From NCBI RefSeq assembly GCF_006345805.1, contig NC_043004.1, positions 4,898,001 through 4,962,000 on the forward strand: a DNA stretch of 64,000 nucleotides, given 5' to 3'. Shown here one piece after another: positions 51,642 through 64,000 of this stretch. Origin of the DNA: Octopus sinensis (lineage: Eukaryota). A program made the position numbers and the translations under genes. Under the pieces are notes generated by a model. That model ran no database searches. It saw nothing but the letters and a program-made list of their open reading frames with translations, and was not told the origin of the DNA. Numbering within the stretch: the stretch's first letter is position 1; each line of letters begins with the position of its first letter.

Positions 51642-51642
<1 letters not shown>
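51248..51642 (+). mobile_element. ~390-bp non-coding hammerhead-bearing element between two (TA)n arrays
   Basis: Complex sequence flanked by pure TA on both sides; contains the ribozyme at 51413-51519. Confidence 0.6.
51413..51519 (+). ncRNA. type I hammerhead ribozyme, predicted cleavage after GUA at 51511
   Basis: Stem I ATTTCTTA/TAAGAAAT (8 bp perfect); CTGAAGA 51421-27; stem II ATCTG/CAGAT enclosing a further 13-bp hairpin; GAAA 51496-99; stem III ACGG(TGCA)TCGT. Confidence 0.75.
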
Positions 51643-51681
<39 letters not shown>

Positions 51682-51685
51682 ATAT

Positions 51686-51827
<142 letters not shown>

Positions 51828-51951
51828 GAGGTGCAGTGGGTTAGTGGTTGGGCAGCGGACTCGTAGTCGTAGGATGTTGTGAGTCTTTATTGAATGAAAA
51901 CACCTAAAGTTCCACGGGGCTCCGGTTGCGAACCCTTCTGTACTTTTTCCC

Positions 51952-52004
<53 letters not shown>

Positions 52005-52010
<6 letters not shown>

Positions 52011-52258
52011 GAAATGAGGTGCTCAGAAATCTGAGAAAGTTATTAGTATGTAACGTTTTTATAAATCATATATCATATAACAGCGCTTTCGTCCATTCTA
52101 GTAGAGTCTTCAAATTGAACTAACTTCAATTTGAAGACTCTACTAGAATGGACGAAAGCGCTTATATATGATATATGATTTATAAAAACATGTAACATAC
52201 TAATAAATATCTGTAAATATAAAACCATCCAGATTTCTGAGTACCTCATTTCTTCTAA
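52005..52258. mobile_element. fold-back palindromic element in TA context
   Basis: Perfect 37-bp inner arms 52083-52119 / 52125-52161 with 5-nt loop; outer arms TTAGAAGAAATGAGGTGCTCAGAAATCTG / CAGATTTCTGAGTACCTCATTTCTTCTAA. Confidence 0.75.
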
Positions 52259-52288
52259 TATATAATACCTGTACATCATCTCCCAACC

Positions 52289-52382
<94 letters not shown>

Positions 52383-53265
52383 ACGGGCTTCTTTCAGTTT
52401 CCGTCTACTAAATCCACTCACAAGGCTTTGGTCGGCCCGAGGCTATACAAGAAGACACTTGCCCAACGTGCCACGGAATAGGACTGAACCCGGGTCCATG
52501 ATGTGGTTGGAAAACAAGCTTCTTACCACCCAGGCGCGAGCACTTAATTTCATAAGCGAATATTTGCAAGTGGATGTATTTACATTTATATTTTCAAAAT
52601 AAACATTTATACATACATTAATGCATACATTCATGCATATATACACGCACCTGTCAGCACGTGTGTACATATGTATATATTTCTCTGTGCGTGTGTGTGT
52701 ATGTGCGTGTGTGTGGTTTAATATATGTAAGGATAAATGTTTATTCTTAAGATGTAACTCAAAATGCATCCCGATGTAAATATCAGTTTATTTAATGGAG
52801 AAAGCGCACGGCATTAACAGTGCATTGCTAATGCACAAAGGTCCAAAAATATCCAACAGTTGTGTACTAGATAAGAAAGCAATATGGAAGCTAATAATAA
52901 GTTATATCATATTATATATTCATATATGTTTGTGTAGATATCTATGTCTGTGTGTATTTATATAAACATAAATACATATGTATGCATACATATAAGCATA
53001 CAACTATATTTTTTCGTGTATGTGTGTGTGTGTGTGTGTGTACAATTTTTCTTTTATTTGATTCAGTCATTGGACAGCGGCCAAGTAGGGGCACTAGCTT
53101 GAAGAATTTTTAGTCAAATGAATCTGCACTAGTACTATTTTTTAAAGCCTGATACAGAGACTGGTTCTATCAGTCTCTGTAGCCGAACCAGTAAGTTACG
53201 GGGACGTAAACACACCAACACCGATTGTCAAACGGTGGTGGGGAACAAACACACACATACATACA

Positions 53266-53299
<34 letters not shown>

Positions 53300-53309
53300 C
53301 ATATATATA

Positions 53310-54042
53310 TCTTTATATATATGAAACTGAGAATGTATGTCTGTCTGTCTGTCTGTGTGTTTCCCTAAAACTTGAGAACTACACAACCAATTTCATTCAA
53401 ATTTTACACATGCCTTACTTAGGGTCCGTGTAGTTTCATGGGCAAAAAATTTTTTAACTTTTTGCCTAGGGCGAGCCCACAGCAATATCATATCATCTCC
53501 ACTATTTCAGTATTACGTGTTAAAAGTGAAATAAAAATATTTCTCTATTTTATGTCAGATGCTTTCACTTTAACAATAAAAATAATAATAACAATTGAAT
53601 TATATGTAGTAAGTAATAATTAAAATCAAACTAAAGTATAATATAATCGTAACATACAAAAGTAAAAATAGCAATTGGTATAAAATTTCATCAATGATTT
53701 GAACTTGAATAAGTAGTTTCACATGAATGGGAATAAATTAAAAATATAATTAGAGTGCAGAAATGGAATAGTCCAGTTGGATAATAAAAAATTAAATTAA
53801 AGAAAAGACTATTGTCTATAAAGTATACAATGTAGAGAAAAAAGAAGAGCTAACAATTCCATTCTGTTATATATTTTGAGTATTGTTATCACTAGCGACG
53901 TCACGATATAATTTTGTATTTGTATTTTGCATTTTATGTGTAGATGTATATATATAGATGTACATGTAATATGTACACATATATATACACATATATACAT
54001 GCTTAGTACTATGACCCGGCAACGACGGGTCTTTAATGCTAG
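53310..54042 (+). mobile_element. non-autonomous Helitron-like element, 733 bp
   Basis: A|TC 5' end (TCTTTATATATATGAAACTGAG then (GTCT)n); 3' hairpin GACCCG..CGGGTC (54013-54031) followed by CTAG|T. Confidence 0.75.
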
Positions 54043-54201
54043 TATATGTATATATATATACAGCCAGCGGGGTGGCGTCATTCGAAGGCTAAAACAATGC
54101 GAACGCATTGTGACCAGCGATGTGTAACAACATCTGATGGTTTGGTCGGTCACGTGATCACGGCCACGTGACGTGATATATATGTGTATATATATATTAT
54201 A

Positions 54202-54325
<124 letters not shown>

Positions 54326-55904
54326 ATAACGGGCTTCTTTCAGTCTTCCGTCAAATCGTCGCTTTCGAGAATAACCACTTTCTCACCGCAGACACATGCC
54401 AGCAAACAGGTTTGATAGCATTTCTGCCATGGACAATCGGATGACAACTTAAATAGTATTTTGTTTTAAATTTTTTTGACAATCTTTCGTGATTTTGTTT
54501 AAAGTTTTTGCCTGCATCACGCCACACATCAACACCCACTTAACCGCCCTACCTTCTCCCAAAATGAAGTATTAGCTTAAAATTAGATGAAAATAGCTTT
54601 GGGCATAACGGATAGCTGTGCTCTGTTAGAAATGGTGGAGCTTTAATCATATAAACATGCCATGATACTCCTCCGATGTATAGCCGGTTTAAGGCGGCGA
54701 GCTGGCAGAAACGTTAGCACGCCGGGCGAAATGCTTAGCGGTATTTCGTCTGCCGTTACGTTCTGAGTTCAAATTCCGCCGAGGTCGACTTTGCCTTTCA
54801 TCTTTTCGGGGTCGATTAAATAAGTACCAGTTACGCACTGGGATCGATATAATCGACTTAATCCGTTTGTCTGTCCTCTCTGTGTTTAGCCCCTTGTCGG
54901 TAGTAAAGAAATAGGTATTATTTCGTCTGCCGCTACGTTCTGAGTTCAAATTCCGCCGAGGTCGACTTTGCCTTTCATCCTTTCGGGGTCAATAAATTAA
55001 GTACCAGTTATGCACTGGGGTCGATGTAATCGACTTAATCCGTTTCTCTGTCCTTGCATGTCCCCTCTATGTTTAGCCCCTTGTGGGCAATAAAAAAATA
55101 AGAAAAGTTGCCACGCCGGGCGAAATGCTTAGCGGTATTTCGCCTATCTTTACGTTCTGAGTTCAAATTCCTCCATGGTCAACTTTGCCTTCCATTCTTT
55201 TGGGGTCGATAAATTAAGTACCAGTTGCGTACTGGGGTCGTTCTAATCGACTAACCCCCTCCCCAAAAATTTCCCTTGTGCCTAGAGTAGAAAAGAATAT
55301 ATAGCCGGTCTTTCGTGAATGGTAACTTAGATTTTTAGATGATGAAACGAGCACTGAACCCTGTACGATACAGAACTTCAACAGTCTGCAGTTTAGCGAC
55401 ATCAGGTTTTACTATTTGAGGGAAAAATCGAATTATCTCAATGACTATTTTAGTCATTACTTTCTCTGTTCAGTATGAAATGTTTCAAATGGACAGAAGT
55501 TAAACTACTTACAATGTTCACGTAAACTAACGCAAATATGCACACACACACACACACACATACACACACACACACATACACACACACACACTACACAAAC
55601 ACACAGATATATGTATATGTGTGTGTGTATGTGTATACATATATGAATATACATATATATAAATGTGTGTGTGTATATGTGTGCGTGCACGCGTGAGTGT
55701 GTGTGTATTGATTGTTCATGTTTTACTCCAAAGTGGAGACGAACGGCGATGTTACATGTGATAATTATTGAGAAACTTCCCTTAACGTGAAACCAATGGT
55801 AGCCCTAACCCATAATAAAGAATTTTTATCCACCAATGCGGTGTTGAACACTCATTCTCATTGTTCGATATTAACGTGTATATATGGCTTAGTTCAATAT
55901 ATAT

Positions 55905-56357
<453 letters not shown>

Positions 56358-56407
56358 TTTATATTTATTTACATACAAACATACATACATACATACACAC
56401 ACATACG

Positions 56408-57337
56408 CAACCCTGGAAACGTTGCCCATCTGCAGCGAGATTTGGCTGCCATATACAGGTGAGCTGAGGAAAATAACACGCAGTTTAATGTTGAGAAATT
56501 TCAAGTCCTGCGCTATCAACACACGAAACTCAATGAAAAGCAGACAAGATACACTGGCCCGGGAGGGATTGCGATACCTGGATCAAAACCAGAGCGCGAC
56601 TTGGCCATCAACATGAGTAATGGTGCCTCCTTCTAGGTGCATAATACTAAGTGGACAATAAAATACAGTCATTTGACTCGATAGATCCTTCGAACTTTCA
56701 AAACGAGAGAGCAAGAAACCATGACGATCCTCTGGAGGACATTTATCCTCAGACGCTTGAATTACTGGCTCCCAACTATGGTCACCACAGTGTAATATTA
56801 ACGACGGAACTCGAAGCAATCCAGCGATGCTGCACGATGAAGACCGTTTCAATTCGACATGACAGTTCCTGGAAGAGACTAAGAAAAGTTAAGACACTAT
56901 TGCTAAGAACGAAGGCGGGGAAGATACGCAGTGATATATATCTGGAAAATCCTAGAACTTGAGTCAAACTTTAGCATTGTCATTTACACAAACGGCAGAA
57001 CGGGGTACCACTGCTTAGTACAAAAAATCCCAACATTGTCATCAGAATACAGGGCCAGATATTGCAGCAGCTTGGGCTTCAAGGGCCCACAACTCTTCAA
57101 TGTCTTCCCATATGGGATGGATGTAGACGTCTTCAAAACAAAACTGGATATCCTTGTCAAGAGTTCCGGATGAATCCACCTCGCAGCAAGAAACGCAGAT
57201 GAAGGCAGCAACATCAAACTACCTCACTCACCAAATACCACACATCAGAGGTGGCTAAATGAAAGTGTAGCAAAGCAAACATCGGTCCCCCAGCATGGCC
57301 ACAACTCTCGAGCTGAAACTGGAAAAGAAAAGAGAAG
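56408..57337 (+). mobile_element. 5'-truncated CR1-group LINE (RT C-terminal region and 3' tail), decayed
   Basis: LQRDLAAIYR*AEENN.QFNVEKFQVLRY, ...TLELLAPNYGHHSVILTTELEAIQR, IWKILE, SLGFKGPQLFNV, DVDVFKTKLD; multiple frameshifts. Confidence 0.8.
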
Positions 57338-57354
57338 CAAATCATATATATATA

Positions 57355-58632
57355 TTGGGTGGGCAACTAAGTTCCCGCCGTTTTTTTTTTTAATTTAAAA
57401 TTTTAAAAGGTTTAATAAAAAATAACAACTAATTAATCAAACCCTTGTTGTTTACAACATCTTCCCAACGTTCAACAAGATTTTCAAATCGGGTAGAAAT
57501 CACCCGATTTCGACTCGAAAAATTGATCCAACCAAGCTCTCAATTCTGCATCAATATTGAACGAAGCTCCGCACATAGCATTTGAAAGTGATCGAAAGAG
57601 GTAGAAATCCGTTGGTGCCAAATCAGGAGAGTACGGCGGGTGTGGCAACACTTCCCAGCCATACGTTGGAATGACTTCCTTGCTCATATTGGCGATATGA
57701 GGCCGGGCGTTGTCGTGCAGCAGAAGAACCCCATACTGCCGATTAGCTCTTTTCTCTTGAATTGCCGTGTTGAGTCGTTCCATCTGTTGAACATAGATTT
57801 CCGTGTTGACCGTTTGGTTCCGTTCAAGCAATTTGTAATGGATAATCCCTTCCTAGTCCCATCATACGCACAACATCGTTTTACGCGGATTAAGATCTTG
57901 TTTTACGCGCGATGTCACTTCTTAACCGGGGCTAAGCCATTCCTTACGCTGCTTCATATTGATGTACAGGCACCATTTTTCGTTGCCAGTAACGATTCAG
58001 TAAAGAAATCGTTGCTTGTATCCATGAGTTGAGCGGTAGCAAGCAAGCAAAACCAGCGGAGATTGTGGCTCGTTGATTTTTGTTGTTGTCACTTAAAGCA
58101 TGCGGAATTCATGCTCCATACTTCTGAAACTTTCCCATCAAGTGAAGATGCCTCTCTATAGCACTGTGGAGCATTCCATTTTCTCTGCCAGTTCCCTTGT
58201 CTTTTGACGAGAATTTTCGTGCAAAATTTGGTTTAATCGCTCTTCATCGAACTCAACTGGTCGGCCAGAACGAGGTGCGTCTTTAAGGTCAAAATTTCTA
58301 TTTTTGAACTTGGCATATCAATGACAAGCGGGTCTTTCAGCTATGGTACCCTCTCCATACACAGTACAAATGTCGCAAGCAGCTTTTGCGACCTTAGAAC
58401 CTTGATTAAAAGCAAAAAGGAGGTGTCGAAAATGCTCGTTTTTCTTAACTTGACATTCCATTTTAATGATCTGAAAATAAACAAAATTAACTAAAATTAA
58501 CTAGAAAAAAAAACAAAATAGATTCCGAAATGATTCAAAAATAGAATTCTTGAGAAAAATAGATTCCAAAATTTAAAAATGCAATAAATTCCAAAATTTA
58601 AAAAAACGGCGGGAACTTAGTTGCCAACCCAG
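57355..58632 (-). mobile_element. full-length mariner transposon, 1278 bp
   Basis: TA TSD (57353-54, 58633-34); 33-bp TIR (T/C)TGGGT(G/T)GGCAACTAAGTTCCCGCCGTTTTTTT with 2 mismatches. Confidence 0.95.
57430..58461 (-). pseudogene. mariner DD34D transposase, inactivated
   Basis: MECQVKKNEHFRHLL...DAPRSGRP...VTGNEKW...LLHDNARPH...HPPYSPDLAPTD; in-frame stops, frameshifts, first catalytic D replaced by N. Confidence 0.92.
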
Positions 58633-58680
58633 TATATATGTATATACTCACGCACACACACAGATAGCTAGCTAGCTAGC

Positions 58681-58730
<50 letters not shown>

Positions 58731-58783
58731 CATACATACATACATACATACATACATACATACTTACATACATACATACATAC

Positions 58784-58814
<31 letters not shown>

Positions 58815-58963
58815 CATACATACATACATACGTACAGATATATATATATCTGTGTGTGTATACATATTACATACATATATATATGTATACACACACACAC
58901 ACTCACGCACACACACACCAACACACACACGACACACACACACACACACATACACACAACACA

Positions 58964-59025
<62 letters not shown>

Positions 59026-59463
59026 AACCCGATACTAGGCTTACAAAGAATAAGTCTTGGAGTCGATTTTGTTCGACTAAAGGCGGTGCTCCAGCATGGC
59101 CGTTGTCAAATGACTGAAACAAGTAAAAGAATATATATATATAAATACACACACAACACACACACACATAGCATTATCTCATTTAATTTAGTTCAATAGG
59201 AGTAGACTTTTATGAAACTAAGCACTCAATAGCCGGTTCAAATGTAAAGTTCTATATTCTTTTTAGTCCTATCATCCTATCACTACGATCATTAGATAAA
59301 AGTGTGAATGTGTTTATATGCTTGTGTGTGTGAGTGAGTGTGTATGCGTATGTGTGTATGCGTGTGTATTGTGTGTGTGTACATACATAAACATATATTA
59401 TATATGCATATAATACACACACACGTAAACATATATATACACACACACCACACAATATATATA

Positions 59464-59506
<43 letters not shown>

Positions 59507-59615
59507 TATATATACATATATAATATATATATGTTTATATATATTTAATGTATATATAAGATGTGTGTGTGTGTTTGTGCATTGTATATATATATACATG
59601 TATTAATATATATAT

Positions 59616-59655
<40 letters not shown>

Positions 59656-60215
59656 CATGTATGCATATATAAACATACATATATATATATTATATATATT
59701 ATATATATATACACATATATATGTATGTTTTATGTATGTATGTATGAATGTATGTATACGTGGTGTATGTATGTATGTATGTATGTATGTATGTATGTTA
59801 TGTTATGTATGTATGCATGAATTTGGAAGCCAAACAGTACGTTCAGTAAAAAGTTTTATTATATTCTCGATTTTTGATCAAAAGATCCTTTTGAAAGAGA
59901 AAAAAAATTATTAATGATTGGCAGACAACAAAGTTAAGTCGGTAAATGAACAGATTTTACGATTTCATCAACCGTGGGCCGGAGGCTGGCTGAGACAGTT
60001 CAAAAGTTACGGAGCAGCAGTAACAGCAACATCATTTGGAATCTCCTACATATTAGACAAGTGGAGAAATTAATGTTAAACTTCCTTTATCTCCAACATA
60101 GTGATACAAGCATTGTTTTGGCTTCGAAATTTGAATTTTCTTTTTCTTACCATTTCTTCTAATTTCACAGCAAAAAAAAACAGTTACTTTCCGCGCGCGC
60201 ACACACACATAAATA

Positions 60216-60293
<78 letters not shown>

Positions 60294-60387
60294 GTATAGA
60301 TATGCATGCATGCATACATACATACATGAATTAGAATGAAACTTGGTGAGTCCAAATGTCCATTCTTGAATAATCATGACAATAATC

Positions 60388-60625
60388 ATGACTGACCTAA
60401 AACTGCAACTTTTGCTCCCTAGGGAAAGCTACAAGTATATTGGACAGAATGTGAATATCAGCAATAAGTGGCTCATTAATATGGAGAGAACAAGGAATAA
60501 ATACCTCTAGAGTGTTCTAAAAATATGGTCTAAACACAAGCTTACAACAAGCATATCATCCACTGTACTTTTGTAGTACTTGTCCTTACATCCACATTTG
60601 GCCTTCTAACTGGCTACTACGATAG
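60388..60625 (+). mobile_element. R4/Dong-like non-LTR RT fragment, decayed
   Basis: ESYKYIGQNVNI...INMERTRNKYL*SVLKIWS / AYNKHI...VLVLTSTFGLL resembles the post-RT region (YKYLG..EN, KIW.SELSAYNK, PVL..TFG) of R4-type elements; clade from memory. Confidence 0.55.
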
Positions 60626-62229
60626 ATTTATAAACTCGCAAGCTACTCAGTGTTACAGTAATAGAGATGTATATTTCTTTACTACCCACAAGGGGCTAAA
60701 CACAGAGGAGACAAACAAGGGCAGACAAACGGATTAAGTCGATTATATCGACCCCAATGCGCAACTGGTACTTAATTTATCGACCCCGAGAGGATGAATG
60801 GCAAAGTCGACCTCGGCGGAATTTGAACCCAGGACGTAGCGGTAGACGAAATACGGCTACGCATTTCGCCCGGCGTGCTAACGATTCTACCAGCTGTAGA
60901 CAGGCTACACTTTCCACGCAAGGATGGCAGCAGGGGTCGCGGCTAACCTGGAACTAAACATTAATTCAATCCTCTGTTTCTTCCAGTTGTTTTTTTCCGT
61001 CCCACTGCTCTGCTCTCACTTTCTCTTTGTGTCTGTCTTCTTTCCTGCATCTAAAACCGGTGCCTGGAGACGAACTCGCGATACTATGTTTGAAAGTCTG
61101 ACACCATAATCTACGCGTCCATGATCACTACTTCTAATGATATTAATTGGTTGATGTTTGGTGTTTGATGGTTGATTGACTTTAGCCGGCTGGTTGGTTT
61201 GTCCGTAGGTTGAAAGGACGGATGTCTGGTTAGCTGGCCCAGTTAACAGAGAAAGTAGTGAGTCGTCGGGTGAGTCACATAAATAGCGTGTGGTGGAGAC
61301 GGTGAAATTTTTCTCAGCAACAGTCTTTGTAGATGCAATTAGTTGAAACCGTTACGTCATTAAAACAGACCTGGAATACTTCCAAGAAAGTTATAAAGCA
61401 AGAAAGATATTTCTCCGCCAGTGAACATTTCTGCTACTTAATGCACAGAAGACAGATTGGGAAACCCAGCTGTTTGCAGCGGTAGTAATTATTACTCTGG
61501 CGAATAACTCAGCAAATATATCTTGAAATATTTAATTTAACTACATAACATTATATGACAGGAAAATTCAAGCACGGAAACTTCAAAACTTGGTATTCTA
61601 TAGAAACGTTCAGATAACAATTATAATTCTATTATTATATCTATTTTTTAAAGTTATTTACAATCACATGACGTCGATAAACGTTAATAGGTCTTCTTCA
61701 ACTGAATTAAAGTACCTGCTTTACAGAACAAAGAGTTTGATGTTTCGTATCCCAACTGAGAAACCGTTTCATTAATGACTTCAAATTTTGGAGCAAGGCC
61801 AACAATTTTAAGTGGAGTGGTGAGTCGATTACCTCGACCTCAGTATTCAACTGGTACTTAATTTATCAACCCCGAAAGTATGAAAGGCAGAATCGACCTC
61901 AAAAGAATATGAACTCAGGACCTAAAAAGCGGAAGAAATGCTGCAAAGCATTTTGTCCGGCGCAATGGTAATTCTACTAGTCTACCGCCTTAAGCTGTTT
62001 CATTAATACCAAATCTGTAAATGCTTTGTTTTGCATCTGGTTTTTTCTTTTTTTTCTTTCGTGCTAGAAAACTTCTCGTCTTTCTAGAAAATTATATAAA
62101 TAGTAGGAAAGCCCTCAGTACAGCTTTAATAGATTTGAGAATATAGAAAGTCTATGGTTCACAAAAGACAGTCTATTTTGACTGTTTAAAGATATAGTTC
62201 TACAGCAATGCTTTTTAAAGAACTGCAGC

Positions 62230-62620
62230 TGACTTTTATTAGTCTGATGAACAATAGCACGAGTCTTGTCAAAAGATAATCTTGAAATAGCATTTTTCAT
62301 TGATTTCATTTATAGAATCATCCAAAACAAGCTGTAGTCGATGACGCAAACAATACCAAATTATGATGTCTGGAAATTTCTGAAGTAATCTTGTAACAAC
62401 TGTAAATTTACGTCTAAACATAGAACTCTCTCCATTAGAACAGCATGCCACCAGATCTTCCTTTAACTATTCTGTCAAACTCATTAACATTTGCCGAAAT
62501 ATATAACGCAGTTGTTTTCAATTCTTTGGGAAATTTCATTTCTTGATGATTCGGTATTATGTTCAGCAACTGTCGTTGCAGAAGTTTCCGAATGCAAGTA
62601 GTTTCTTAAATCGATTCCGT
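62230..62620 (-). pseudogene. hAT transposase relic (ZNF862-like)
   Basis: NGIDLRNYLHSETSA and ACCSNGESSMFRRK..V.TRL.QKFPDIIIWYCLRHRLQLVLDDSI match the hAT DGASVM.G...WHCxxHRLQL region. Confidence 0.7.
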
Positions 62621-62624
62621 TCTA

Positions 62625-62835
62625 CAGTGTGTGACAGAAAGGTTGCCCCGATTTCAAAGGTTAATAAAAAAACAAACTTTGTATTTCTATGAAGTTCATT
62701 AAATGCCATTTTGTTTTTTCTGTTTCAGGTAGTACCAACCGTGGCCTGGAGTGGCGAGCATGGTTTTTTTTGTATCTTCATGCGTTTGTTTTTAATTAAC
62801 CTTTGAAATCGGGGCAACCTTTCTGCCGCACCCTG
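62625..62835. mobile_element. Tc1/mariner-type MITE, 211 bp
   Basis: TA|CAGTGTGTGACAGAAAGGTTGCCCCGATTTCAAAGGTTAAT ... ATTAACCTTTGAAATCGGGGCAACCTTTCTGCCGCACCCTG|TA; ~41-bp TIR. Confidence 0.9.
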
Positions 62836-64000
62836 TATATTTACAGTTTTATTTCGTCATTCAGTTTTCGGACAATGGTCAGTTTCCTTATATTAAGCTG
62901 GAAACTATGTAGATCTTGCTGATTAGGTAGTTTTTCATTATCTCTATCCCCACCACCCACACCATTACCACTAATGGTGGTGGTTTGAGGAATGGTGATG
63001 ATAGTGGTAGTAATAACAATTTTGGTTTCGAATTTTGGCACAAGTCCAGCAAGTTCGGGGAAGGGGTTAAGTCGATTACATCGACCCCAGAGTTTGACTT
63101 GCGCTTTTTTTATCAACCCTGAAAGAAGGAAAGGCAAAGTCGACCTCGGCGGAATTTGGACTCAAAACGTGAAGACAGAGGTGAAACTACGACCAATGGA
63201 AATTAAAATTAGGATGATGGGAGTTAAAAACGGGGCCGCTGAATATATCACACAAGGTTCGAAGAGCCGCAGCATGTGGGTTGGGTATTAAGGGAGAACG
63301 AATCTCCTTTCTCCACCTGCCAGAGGGTCCAGGGATTATTTACAACAAACATATTAACATAGTTGCATATTTTCGTTTGATGTGAAGGCAGTTCCTAGCA
63401 AGTACTGAAGTGGTTCGTGTGAATTAGTAAGGCGTGCAATTTGTCTTTATTACTAAGGAGATTGAGAGTCTAGCTGAGATCGTGTCCAGAAAATTCCATA
63501 AGAAATTTCGCCATATAAGAAAATCCACTGTAAAACAAATTCACAGTATAGACAATGATAAACCGTGTTATATCAACATTTTAAAGCCAAAAATAATGAT
63601 AAACCGTTTTTATAAAAGCATTAAATAGGTAAGTCTTTATTCAACATCAATCGTAAAAGAAATGTGATGAGATCATTTAAAGCGAAATTCCTTATGTTTA
63701 CGGCGATATTTCCTATAACCAGCTGAGGGACATAGAAAGACTGGGAAGAGAAACAAATGTACAAAGCAGTTATTCATTAATTGACCGTATATGCATGTAA
63801 AATATTGTCAAGTACAACAGTAGCATTCAAAAATAGATGAAACTAAACGCATTTTTTTTTTTTATTGTCAATCATTAATATTTCCATATTTTTCGCTCGA
63901 AACCACTTTTCTGAGAAATTCTTGTCGCTTTTAATTTTGCAAAATGATTTTCAACAGCTTAGTCTTCAGAAGATCCCTGACCTTAGACTCTGCCATATCG

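Noticed and set aside
61185-61240. Hairpin GCCGGCTGGTTGG...CTGGTTAGCTGGC as a miRNA candidate
   Set aside because: Pairing depends mostly on G-U wobbles in a G/T-rich strand, which is expected by chance.

Overview
Repeat-dense eukaryotic DNA (AT-rich; long (TA)n/(TG)n/(TACA)n/(GATA)n arrays; one 100-N gap at 13318-13417). The tRNA-headed SINE repertoire and RTE/CR1 tails look like those of Octopus (coleoid cephalopod); this is recognition from memory, not a database result. No host protein-coding gene could be identified with confidence, and almost all ORFs in the supplied track are microsatellite or SINE translations. Supportable content: several modular tRNA-derived SINE families; RTE, CR1 and R4/Dong-like LINE fragments; a full-length decayed mariner, a Tc1/mariner 3' end, a hAT transposase relic, piggyBac-, hAT-, Tc1- and Kolobok-like MITEs; Helitron-like elements; and a decayed 5S rRNA copy. 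The most notable system is a set of Penelope-like (PLE) derivatives whose 3' ends abut (TA)n arrays. One carries an uninterrupted GIY-YIG endonuclease ORF with no RT visible, followed by a complete type I hammerhead ribozyme (43605-43688). A ~390-bp non-coding element carries a second well-formed hammerhead (51413-51519), and two short elements carry minimal hammerheads with core variants. Other items: a pri-miRNA-like 32-bp stem-loop (27061-27141), recurrent SINE multimer junctions, two SINE-seeded satellites, and a contrast between CpG-decayed repeats left of the gap and CpG-intact repeats right of it.
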